23,440 bases of DNA from Bdellovibrionota bacterium FG-1 (GTDB lineage Bacteria; Bdellovibrionota; UBA1018). Where the stretch lies: positions 1-23,440 of the forward strand of contig JBBCAW010000056.1 in NCBI GenBank assembly GCA_051382295.1. Direction: 5' to 3'. Each line of letters opens with the position of its first letter. Position 1 is the stretch's first letter. Of this stretch, positions 15,866-23,440 are shown piece by piece. Under the pieces are notes generated by a model, which saw only the letters and a list, made by a program, of their open reading frames with translations, ran no database searches and was not told where the DNA came from. The position numbers and the translations under genes are program-made.

Positions 15866-17478
15866 GCGTCTCTCAGCGGATCCGCAGCACAGGGTTTCTA
15901 ATTTTTCTTTTTGGCCTGGCCGCAATGGCCTATGAACCGACGTCTCATCTTGCGAATGCCCAAGTCCCGCACCTCAAATCCATTTCAGACGAAGAATGGA
16001 AAACCATTGCGGGCGCCCACCTCAGTGAAAAATACCAAATCGTCAAAGGCGACACCCTCTACGATGTTTCCAAAAGACTCTTTGGTGACCCCAATTACTG
16101 GCCAAAACTCTATGCCCTCAATAATGCCACGATCAGCAATCCTCATTTGATCCTGCCAGGCAACTCCATTTCGTTTCAACCGGGAACCGGAACTTCCCTC
16201 CCGGCAGTTTTGATCGCCTCCAATACGGCGACCGATACGTCATCCGGTCTCAGTACGGCTTCCGATTCGGTCCCTATTCCATCCAAACCCCCACGGTCTG
16301 AAGAGTGGAAACAGCTTCCCAAACAGGCGTGGGAATCAGTCACCATGATTCTCCCACTCACTGCAGACCGCAAGGGCATCGATGCGTCCTCCCGAGTCCG
16401 ATTTAAACAGAACAATGGGTTTGAGCCCGAATCCCTGGCTTCGTCAGAACGAATTTTTCCGAAGGGACAAATTGTAGGATCTCGCAGCCGCGGCATCTAC
16501 ATGAACATCGGCGACACCGTTTACGCGCGCGCGGATGACGATCTTCAGGTGGGCGAGACTTACGCGGTCAGCGAAGAACCCTCCACCCTCAAATCCCGAA
16601 ATTCAGATCGCGTCGGCTCAGCTTACCCCATCCTTGGAAAAGTCAAAATCATCGGAGTTCGCGATGAACTGTTTATCGGCACGGTGCTTTCAGCGCGCGG
16701 CCTCATTTCACGCGGCAGTAATCTCATCCCCCTGCCTGCTCGCGTACCGGACTTAAGCCCCATTCCGGCCCCTAATGCCGTTGCGGGCGTGCTTATGGTC
16801 GATAAAACCTTTTCGACTAGCACCACTGCCCAACATAAACTCGTATTTGTCGATCGCGGTTCGGACGAGGGCGTCAAACCTGGCATGGTATTTCGGGCCT
16901 ATACGCATCAAGACCCTGTGACCGATAAAAAGATCACGTCTTCCAATTTTATCGTCGAAGCGGATCTGATCGTAGTTCAAGTATCCGAGCGGTTTTGCGC
17001 GGCGGAGGTTTTAAGAAGTATCGCCACGATCGAAGAAGGCGCCCCCGTGATCTTACTCACGGATGTCTCTGATCTACTGTCAACCAAGAGTTCACGTGAA
17101 AAACTCATCACGCCTGGCTCGTCGAACAAAAAGGACGATGAACTCGATGAACTCGATCAAATGGATACTGGCACAGACCTAGGCAAAGATGAGCAAAAAG
17201 AACTCGAACAACTCGAGCGCTGGAAAGCTAACCCCCAAGACGCCGCCCCGGCTGCACCTCCGACTGAGGCAGCCCCCGGAGTTCCTGAGACAGCACCGCC
17301 ATCCCCTCCTGCTGCGGATTTACCGCCGTCTACGCAACCCGAAGGAGCGGCAGCGCCGCTGAACGAGGCAATTCCGCCCTCGCCTCCCGATACCGGCACC
17401 CATCCGACGCCCGGGGGTGAACTCCCATCGCCGCCGGAGAGTTTAGTGCCACAGCCAGAGCCTACAACGCAAAATTAG
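15862..17478 (+). CDS. LysM peptidoglycan-binding protein, TsaP-like
   Basis: YQIVKGDTLYDVSKRLFGDPNYWPKLY...ISNPHLILPG LysM; FVDRGSDEGVKPG FlgT-C-like segment; acidic and Pro-rich tail; ATGA overlap with ybgF. Confidence 0.88.
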   Translation: MSVSQRIRSTGFLIFLFGLAAMAYEPTSHLANAQVPHLKSISDEEWKTIAGAHLSEKYQIVKGDTLYDVSKRLFGDPNYWPKLYALNNATISNPHLILPGNSISFQPGTGTSLPAVLIASNTATDTSSGLSTASDSVPIPSKPPRSEEWKQLPKQAWESVTMILPLTADRKGIDASSRVRFKQNNGFEPESLASSERIFPKGQIVGSRSRGIYMNIGDTVYARADDDLQVGETYAVSEEPSTLKSRNSDRVGSAYPILGKVKIIGVRDELFIGTVLSARGLISRGSNLIPLPARVPDLSPIPAPNAVAGVLMVDKTFSTSTTAQHKLVFVDRGSDEGVKPGMVFRAYTHQDPVTDKKITSSNFIVEADLIVVQVSERFCAAEVLRSIATIEEGAPVILLTDVSDLLSTKSSREKLITPGSSNKKDDELDELDQMDTGTDLGKDEQKELEQLERWKANPQDAAPAAPPTEAAPGVPETAPPSPPAADLPPSTQPEGAAAPLNEAIPPSPPDTGTHPTPGGELPSPPESLVPQPEPTTQN

Positions 17479-19175
17479 GGCCCCTGATAAAGCTTTTTCG
17501 CCTCCCTTAAATACCACAGACAGCCCACCAAAAAAAGGAAGAGGCAGGGATAGAAGTAAATCGGATCATAACTCAGTACGACAGTTCCCTCGCCGCCAGG
17601 AACTCTCACTCGCACTAAATCCCCAATTCCCCTCGACAGAATTTCCACCTGAGGATCTGACGCCTTCCAGCCCCAAAGATTATTCGTATTCAAAGCGACC
17701 ACCGCAGGTCCTTGAGTTCGATAATTTACGGTGATCATGCCCGGTAAATACTCCCTAAGCCTGGCGTCACCCTTTCCTTCTTGAATAAAGACTTCGCCAG
17801 CGTAATTACGATGCCCCCGCGGCAGGACACTCGACGGCAAATAGGACCGCTCATTACAATTGGTCGCGCTTGTATTCATTTTAAAATAATGTGCAATATC
17901 GACTCCATCCGCCACCGTTTTAGTTAAGGTTGAGTTACGAATGAGATCATCCTGCCGGAGGGCTGGAACACTCGGCTCAAAGAAGGACAACTGGGTATGG
18001 AACCGTACAAAGGTGCTTTCGACGATCAGCAACAAAGAAAGCAGGATCCAGACCGCTCGCCGTGGACGATAGACATCCAAGGCCTTGGATACCAAAATGA
18101 CAAAAAAGATAAACATGATAATAAAAGTGCGACTTTGTAAGTGTGCCTGATTGACCAACGGAATTTTTTGAAAAATACTCCATGGATTGAACTTTCCTCC
18201 CCAACCCGTCCCGATCCAAAACCAGAACGCAAACAGCGCCAAAAAAGGCCGCACTTTTGAACGACCCTGTTTAGAATAAATCAAGGAAAGCATTAACCCA
18301 GTGGCAGTCCACCCGAGGTAACATCCATACTCATGAAAACTAAAGGGTAGGCCGTTTGTAACTGCCATTCGGATTTTCTGCCAAGGATACCAAAAACTCA
18401 TAAAAACGAGTCGCGGTGACATCGTGTTTCTATCTAACATCGGCATTCTTCCATGAAGCGTCATCATCACCGGAATAATTTTTATGGATGTAAGCAGCAA
18501 AAAAATCCCACTCAATTTCAGGGTAAATCGATAATCCCAGGCGCCCCCTGGTTTCCCCCAATGACGCCTCACCCACCCGGAACAAGCGAGAATCATCCCA
18601 GCAAACACAAAAGGCTGAATCGCCCCATCCAATAGGATCAACGCCAATACCGACAGGAGGGCAAACTGAATGCGTCGCTTGTCCAATTGCAAACCACAAT
18701 AAAAAACGAAAGGAAGAAGCTGCATATCTCCATAAGTGATGTGCCCTTCCGCAAAATGAAGGGACAGCCAACTCGAATTACCAAAGAGCAGGGCACCCAC
18801 CGTTGCGGTTCCCAAGGATAGTCCAAGGTATTCTAGTAAAAAAAACATCCCTATCATGCCCAAGAATCCGTAGATCATCAGCGAGGCCAGACAGGCCCAC
18901 TGAGGCGTCAGCAAGACATCCAATAACCCAAGGGGAGAAAAAATCCGGGTTTGAGGATTGATCAAAAAATCGCTGCCTCCACACCGCCAGGGATTATGAA
19001 GGGGAAACTGATGATAATGCCAGACGCTCGATCTCACCCAAAGACTCAGAGGTTCAAAGTAAGCATTCCAATCAGCACCCGCTGCGAAGAGATGCCCCTC
19101 GTTCATCACAAGGAACGAGAATCCCAGAAGGTTACTGATCGCTAACAGGAGATAGACCCTACGTCTTTCAGTCAT
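17475..19175 (-). CDS. Polytopic membrane protein, YfhO/GT-C glycosyltransferase-like
   Basis: DW after TM1, FPLHNPWRCGG...NPQ, E..CYLG motif, many TM segments, soluble C-terminal domain (NNLWGWKA, LSY) and a terminal TM. Confidence 0.7.
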   Translation of the reverse strand: MTERRRVYLLLAISNLLGFSFLVMNEGHLFAAGADWNAYFEPLSLWVRSSVWHYHQFPLHNPWRCGGSDFLINPQTRIFSPLGLLDVLLTPQWACLASLMIYGFLGMIGMFFLLEYLGLSLGTATVGALLFGNSSWLSLHFAEGHITYGDMQLLPFVFYCGLQLDKRRIQFALLSVLALILLDGAIQPFVFAGMILACSGWVRRHWGKPGGAWDYRFTLKLSGIFLLLTSIKIIPVMMTLHGRMPMLDRNTMSPRLVFMSFWYPWQKIRMAVTNGLPFSFHEYGCYLGWTATGLMLSLIYSKQGRSKVRPFLALFAFWFWIGTGWGGKFNPWSIFQKIPLVNQAHLQSRTFIIMFIFFVILVSKALDVYRPRRAVWILLSLLLIVESTFVRFHTQLSFFEPSVPALRQDDLIRNSTLTKTVADGVDIAHYFKMNTSATNCNERSYLPSSVLPRGHRNYAGEVFIQEGKGDARLREYLPGMITVNYRTQGPAVVALNTNNLWGWKASDPQVEILSRGIGDLVRVRVPGGEGTVVLSYDPIYFYPCLFLFLVGCLWYLREAKKLYQGP

Positions 19176-19183
19176 AGAGAAAA

Positions 19184-19212
19184 ATAGTATTGGGCTCGGC
19201 TGGAAGTGTCCA
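19184..19212 (-). promoter_or_regulatory. Sigma70 promoter of the YfhO-like gene
   Basis: Minus strand TGGACA-17 nt-TACTAT, 8 nt before ATG 19175. Confidence 0.65.
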
Positions 19213-19268
19213 CTCCGGACTCTCTGTCCGCATTTCGATCACCGCCCCTGCTTTAAAGCTCAGGCAGC

Positions 19269-19283
19269 CGGAACAGTACCTGC
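19269..19283 (+). promoter_or_regulatory. Putative sigma54 -24/-12 promoter of dprA
   Basis: CGGAACAGTACCTGC (GG-N10-GC, degenerate), 13 nt before the ATG; same spacing as the secretin promoter. Confidence 0.45.
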
Positions 19284-19296
19284 ACTTAGTGCCCTG

Positions 19297-20241
19297 ATGC
19301 TTCTCGATTATCCTGTGTTTCAGCTAAGTACCCTACCCACGCCAGAATATTCGCCCGAACTCAGCCAGGTCGAAGGGCCGGCGTTGACCCAACTCCACAT
19401 CCAAGGCAAACCCGATGCCCTTGCGCTACTCAAGCAACTCCCGCACCGCGGCTTAGCGGTCGTAGGCACCCGCTGCCCCCAGCCCAGATGCGTGGACTTG
19501 GTGCGATCCACCCTTGGACAACTACGAGGCCGTAACCTCATTATACTCTCTGGCTTAGCCCGCGGAATCGACTCAGTGGCCCATGAGTCAGCCCTCCGAG
19601 CCGAACTACCGACCATCGCGATCTTAGGCGGTCCGCTCGATCAAATTTATCCCCGCCAAAACCAGGATTTAGCGCAGGCCATTCTTGAAACGGGCGGACT
19701 TTTGGTCACCGAGTATCCCAATGGAACAGAAATCAAAAAATATTTTTTTCTTCAACGTAATCGCCTGATTTCAGGCTGGTCCAAGGCCACTTGGATCGTC
19801 CAAGCAGGAGCCCGTTCAGGTGCCCTGAATACAGCCAGCTGGACTCTCGGACGCGGCGGCGACTGCTATGTCACTCCCTGCTTTCCGGGCGACCCCACCC
19901 TCGCCGGCAACCAAAAATTGCTCGAAAACCACGTCCCTATCCCCTTGTGGAAAGTCGAAGACCTCGGCCACAGCTGGAGCGAGCTCATTTCCACACCTTC
20001 TTCGGTTGCCGCCCCGGCCATTCACCCTTCTGGCACTGAGGATGAGGAGATATTAACGCAATACGTTAAAAAAAATAGTACTGAGCGCGGAGGCATCCAA
20101 GTGGAGGAGCTTCTGAATTGGGCTCTTCACAAAAACTGGGCACCTGATCGATTTTTTCAAACACTCGCCACCAGTTTGAACGAACGACGAATCGAAGACC
20201 AAAACGGAATCCTTAACGCGCCGCAAACTTTCATCCCTTGA
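19297..20241 (+). CDS. dprA: DNA-processing protein DprA
   Basis: LAVVGTR, LSGLARGIDSVAH, FLQRNRLISGWS and SGALNTA motifs. Confidence 0.95.
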   Translation: MLLDYPVFQLSTLPTPEYSPELSQVEGPALTQLHIQGKPDALALLKQLPHRGLAVVGTRCPQPRCVDLVRSTLGQLRGRNLIILSGLARGIDSVAHESALRAELPTIAILGGPLDQIYPRQNQDLAQAILETGGLLVTEYPNGTEIKKYFFLQRNRLISGWSKATWIVQAGARSGALNTASWTLGRGGDCYVTPCFPGDPTLAGNQKLLENHVPIPLWKVEDLGHSWSELISTPSSVAAPAIHPSGTEDEEILTQYVKKNSTERGGIQVEELLNWALHKNWAPDRFFQTLATSLNERRIEDQNGILNAPQTFIP

Positions 20242-20276
20242 TTAAAAGATAAAAATCCGACTAGAGTAAGGCCCAT

Positions 20277-22622
20277 ATGGCCAAAGCCAAAAAAGCCCTT
20301 GTCATCGTAGAATCCCCGTCGAAAGCCAAGACGATCCAAAAATACCTTGGACGTGAGTATATCGTTAAGGCGAGCGTCGGCCATATCAAAGACCTCCCGA
20401 AGAGCAAACTCGGCGTAGATACGAAGAAGGGCTTTACCCCCGACTATCAGGTGATTCCCTCAAAGGTCAAAATCATTGAAGAGCTCAAAAAGTTCGCCAA
20501 AGATGTTCCAACCCTCTACCTTGCAACTGACCCTGACCGCGAAGGCGAAGCCATTGCGTGGCATATTAATGAAGAACTCAAGGCCCGAGGCAAGAAAGTC
20601 CACCGAGTCCTTTTTAATGCCGTTACCAAACCCGCCATTTTAGAGGCGATGCAAAATCCTCAAACCCTCAATATTGACAAATTCAATGCCCAGCAGGCCC
20701 GCCGCATTTTAGATCGTCTGGTCGGCTACAAAATCAGCCCGTTGCTTTGGGACAAAGTCCGTCGCGGCATCAGTGCCGGACGCGTGCAATCGGTCGCTTT
20801 GCGCTTGGTGGTCGACCGCGAAGCCCAAATCAAAGCGTTTATCCCCGAAGAATACTGGAGCATTGAGGGCACGTTTTCAAAGGTCGGGATCGATTTTACC
20901 GCCAAACTTTTTAAAACGGATGGCAAAGACCCGATTCTTCCGAATCAAGCCACTGTCCAAAAACTACTTGATGGACTAAAAAACGCGAAATTCTCCATCC
21001 ATGCGATTGAAAACAAAGAGCGCTCCCGCAAACCGCAGGCCCCCTTCATTACCAGTCGCCTGCAACAAGAGGCCGCTCGAAAACTCAGCTTTAGTGCCAA
21101 AAAAACCATGACCCTGGCCCAGCATCTTTACGAAGGTAAAGATCTCGGCGACCTGGGAACGCACGGTTTGATCACTTATATGCGAACCGACTCCGTGAGA
21201 ACCGAACCCTCGGCCATTCAGGCGGTGCGCGATTATATCAGTCAAAAGTACGGCAAAGACCACCTTCCGGCCGAGCCCAACGCCTATAAGACCAAAAAAA
21301 GCGCTCAAGATGCCCACGAAGCCATTCGCCCGACTTCTCTCGAATTTACGCCCGAAAAGGTTTTGCCCTTTTTGGATAAAGACGAATATCGGCTTTATCT
21401 GCTCATCTGGAACCGTTTTGTCGCCAGCCAAATGATTCCTGCCGTCTATGACCAAACCGCCATTGATGTCATCGCACGGGATCAAAATGGTCAAGATCAA
21501 CAGTTCCGGGCCACCGGTTCCGTCGTCAAAACCCCCGGCTTTACCGCAGTCTACACCGAGGGGCACGAAACCGGAGAAGTCTCCGAAGACGACGAAAAAG
21601 CGCTCAAGCTCCCCCCGCTGGCTGAAGGCGACGCGGTCGAAAATCGCGCGATTGAGCCCACACAACACTTTACCCAACCGCCTCCGCGTTTTAGCGATGC
21701 CTCGCTGATCCGTGAACTCGAAGAACGCGGAATTGGTCGTCCCTCGACTTATGCCACGATTCTTTCAAATCTACAGGATCGGGAGTATGTCGAAAAACGA
21801 GATGGCGGCCGCTACTTTCCGAGTGAGCTCGGTACGGTGGTCACCGAACTTTTGGTTCAGTCCTTTCCCGACATTCTAAACACCGAATTCACTGCGAGCA
21901 TGGAAGAACAGCTCGACCAGATCGAAGAAGGCCACGCGGATTGGAAAAAAACCCTGGGCGCATTCTGGAAGCCTTTTGAGAAAACTCTCGAAAAAGCCAA
22001 AGAGCAGATGAAAAACGTGAAGCGCCAAGAGGTGCCCACGGACATCAAGTGCGAAAAATGCCAGCACACGATGGTTATTAAATGGGGAAAGCTCGGCTCC
22101 TTCCTCGCGTGCTCGAATTATCCGGAATGCAAAAACACGCAAGACTTCACGAAGGACGATCAAGGCAAGATTGTGATCGTCCCCAAGGAATACGTCGACA
22201 AAAAGTGCGAAAAATGTTCCGGCCCGATGGTGGTCAAGGGCGGCAAGTTCGGCAAATTCTTAGCTTGCGCGGATTATCCTAACTGTAAATTCACCGCCGC
22301 CATTACGATGGGAATCCATTGTCCTATTTGCACCGAAGGCGAACTCTGCCAAAAACAATCGCGTTATCGCCGTATTTTCTTTAGCTGTAATAAATGGCCG
22401 AAGTGCACCTTTGCGCTTTGGGATAAGCCGCTCAACCAACCTTGTCCGCAATGCCATTTCGCCTTACTCACCGAGAAAATCACGAAACGCGCTGGCCTCA
22501 TGCACAAATGCCCGCAAAAAGAATGTGGTTATGTCGAGATCATTGATCCCAACGCCGGCCGCCCACCAATCGAAACCGAAGGAGAGATCCCGGTAAAAGC
22601 TGTCGGGGTCGTCCATCCTTAG
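20277..22622 (+). CDS. topA: Type I DNA topoisomerase
   Basis: IVESPSKAKTI, ATDPDREGEAI, SAGRVQS, catalytic LITYMRTDS, GIGRPSTY, C-terminal zinc ribbons. Confidence 0.99.
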   Translation: MAKAKKALVIVESPSKAKTIQKYLGREYIVKASVGHIKDLPKSKLGVDTKKGFTPDYQVIPSKVKIIEELKKFAKDVPTLYLATDPDREGEAIAWHINEELKARGKKVHRVLFNAVTKPAILEAMQNPQTLNIDKFNAQQARRILDRLVGYKISPLLWDKVRRGISAGRVQSVALRLVVDREAQIKAFIPEEYWSIEGTFSKVGIDFTAKLFKTDGKDPILPNQATVQKLLDGLKNAKFSIHAIENKERSRKPQAPFITSRLQQEAARKLSFSAKKTMTLAQHLYEGKDLGDLGTHGLITYMRTDSVRTEPSAIQAVRDYISQKYGKDHLPAEPNAYKTKKSAQDAHEAIRPTSLEFTPEKVLPFLDKDEYRLYLLIWNRFVASQMIPAVYDQTAIDVIARDQNGQDQQFRATGSVVKTPGFTAVYTEGHETGEVSEDDEKALKLPPLAEGDAVENRAIEPTQHFTQPPPRFSDASLIRELEERGIGRPSTYATILSNLQDREYVEKRDGGRYFPSELGTVVTELLVQSFPDILNTEFTASMEEQLDQIEEGHADWKKTLGAFWKPFEKTLEKAKEQMKNVKRQEVPTDIKCEKCQHTMVIKWGKLGSFLACSNYPECKNTQDFTKDDQGKIVIVPKEYVDKKCEKCSGPMVVKGGKFGKFLACADYPNCKFTAAITMGIHCPICTEGELCQKQSRYRRIFFSCNKWPKCTFALWDKPLNQPCPQCHFALLTEKITKRAGLMHKCPQKECGYVEIIDPNAGRPPIETEGEIPVKAVGVVHP

Positions 22623-22699
22623 ACTCCGCGCAAAAACGCGCCTCCTGCGCGCGCGGATCCCCTCACTTTTACCGGGATCCCTCTCACGTGGGTGCGGGA
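22582..22699. repeat. REP/MITE-like structured repeat, copy 2 (overlaps topA 3' end)
   Basis: Perfect 14-bp arms GATCCCGGTAAAAG (22586-22599) and CTTTTACCGGGATC (22666-22679); collinear with 9330-9442. Confidence 0.85.
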
Positions 22700-22701
22700 C
22701 C

Positions 22702-22799
22702 AGGGCGCCTCAAGAGCCTCAAGAGCCTCAAAGGCGCCCTCGGCGGCATGAACATCATTAGACTTCGAATGCACGAGGGGGAGACTTCGAATGCACGAG
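22702..22799. repeat. Short hairpin and tandem duplications
   Basis: AGGGCGCCT/AGGCGCCCT stem enclosing about three GCCTCAAGA units; AGACTTCGAATGCACGAG at 22760-22777 and 22782-22799. Confidence 0.75.
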
Positions 22800-23028
22800 T
22801 GGGCCGCTTCAGGTTTTTTTATGATGATGAGGCTTGGATTTCGAGCTGGGTGACGGGGAGGGGACGTTAATAGGTCCGAATTTCGTCCACGCAGACTCAG
22901 AAATGGGCGCCAGGCCTAATAAACCACGGATAAAGTAGGCATTGATTTTGCTCAAAGAGATTCTGCCAAACTGAGCAGCGTGGATGGAACCACCCCCTTC
23001 CTTCGTAAAAAGAAAGGAGGTGATCCTT

Positions 23029-23160
23029 ATGAAGAATAACAGAACACACTGTTATGCTTCTCGGATCCGGCTAGAAAAACTGAAGCAGAAAACTTGGTTC
23101 CTCTTTATCTTGGCTAAGTTTTTGTTTTTTCTAGCAAACTTGGTCGATTCCCTAAGATAA
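23029..23160 (+). CDS. 43-aa small protein with hydrophobic C-terminal helix, type I toxin-like (not in ORF track)
   Basis: MKNNRTHCYASRIRLEKLKQKTWFLFILAKFLFFLANLVDSLR; extended SD AGAAAGGAGGTGATCC at 23011-23026. Confidence 0.65.
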   Translation: MKNNRTHCYASRIRLEKLKQKTWFLFILAKFLFFLANLVDSLR

Positions 23161-23298
23161 GTGAGGTGACTCTGGGTGCAGCATTAACCGGAGTTCTCAT
23201 GATGAGAGGTCTGCTCGGTTTGGCACCCACATTGCCGTTTATCATGATAAACGGCAACACCAATGCCGGGAGCAGTGCAAGAAAATTGAAGCGCGCCG

Positions 23299-23427
23299 GG
23301 GCATGAGGTGGACTTTCTCCTAGGAGATGAAGTGGCGATCGAAGTTAAATCCTCCGACCGAATCGGCAACGTCCTAGTGCTTCCGATAGCGCAGTTTCTA
23401 AAGATGCTTTGGGCGGGTGAAATTTAA
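23299..23427 (+). pseudogene. DUF4143/AAA ATPase C-terminal remnant
   Basis: GHEVDFLLGDEVAIEVKSSDRIGNVLVLPIAQFLKMLWAGEI*: EVDF...AIEVK PD-(D/E)xK-like motif. In-frame stop upstream (23287-23289) and an apparent internal deletion. Confidence 0.7.
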
Positions 23428-23440
23428 TGAGGAATCTCGC

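Noticed and set aside
22760..22799. CRISPR array
   Set aside because: Only two 18-bp units separated by 4 bp, and no cas genes.
23011..23026. Exact 16S rRNA 3'-end sequence on the minus strand
   Set aside because: Flanks do not continue as 16S (no GCGGCT before GGATCACC); better explained as the SD of the ORF at 23029.

Overview
Bacterial chromosomal segment whose gene set and order suggest Bdellovibrionota or another delta-proteobacterial lineage (inference). Left end: a toxin-antitoxin patch with a partial AbiEii nucleotidyltransferase, a small hypothetical gene, and an MqsR/MqsA-like pair carrying an operator palindrome inside its promoter. Next come a kinase-dead-looking histidine kinase, a receiver-less sigma54 activator, metK and an unlisted 41-aa basic protein. 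A split Tad module follows (CpaC-like secretin, CpaF ATPase, fused TadB-TadC-like protein), with a tocopherol-cyclase-like gene in between. Then an FGE-sulfatase pseudogene, a frameshifted HNH element, a secreted CYTH-like protein, tldD and a DUF4911-like gene. The cpoB-lysM-dprA-topA block is interrupted by a GT-C-like membrane gene. Right end: a 43-aa type-I-toxin-like ORF with a hairpin-sequestered Shine-Dalgarno site, and a DUF4143 remnant. Best leads: (1) sigma54 -24/-12 motifs before both Tad units and dprA, suggesting a Tad/competence regulon; (2) recurrent leaderless promoter geometry; (3) a ~100-bp covarying hairpin repeat, one copy of which supplies the topA stop codon; (4) two small ORFs missed by the ORF track. 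All family assignments are from motif recognition, not database searches.
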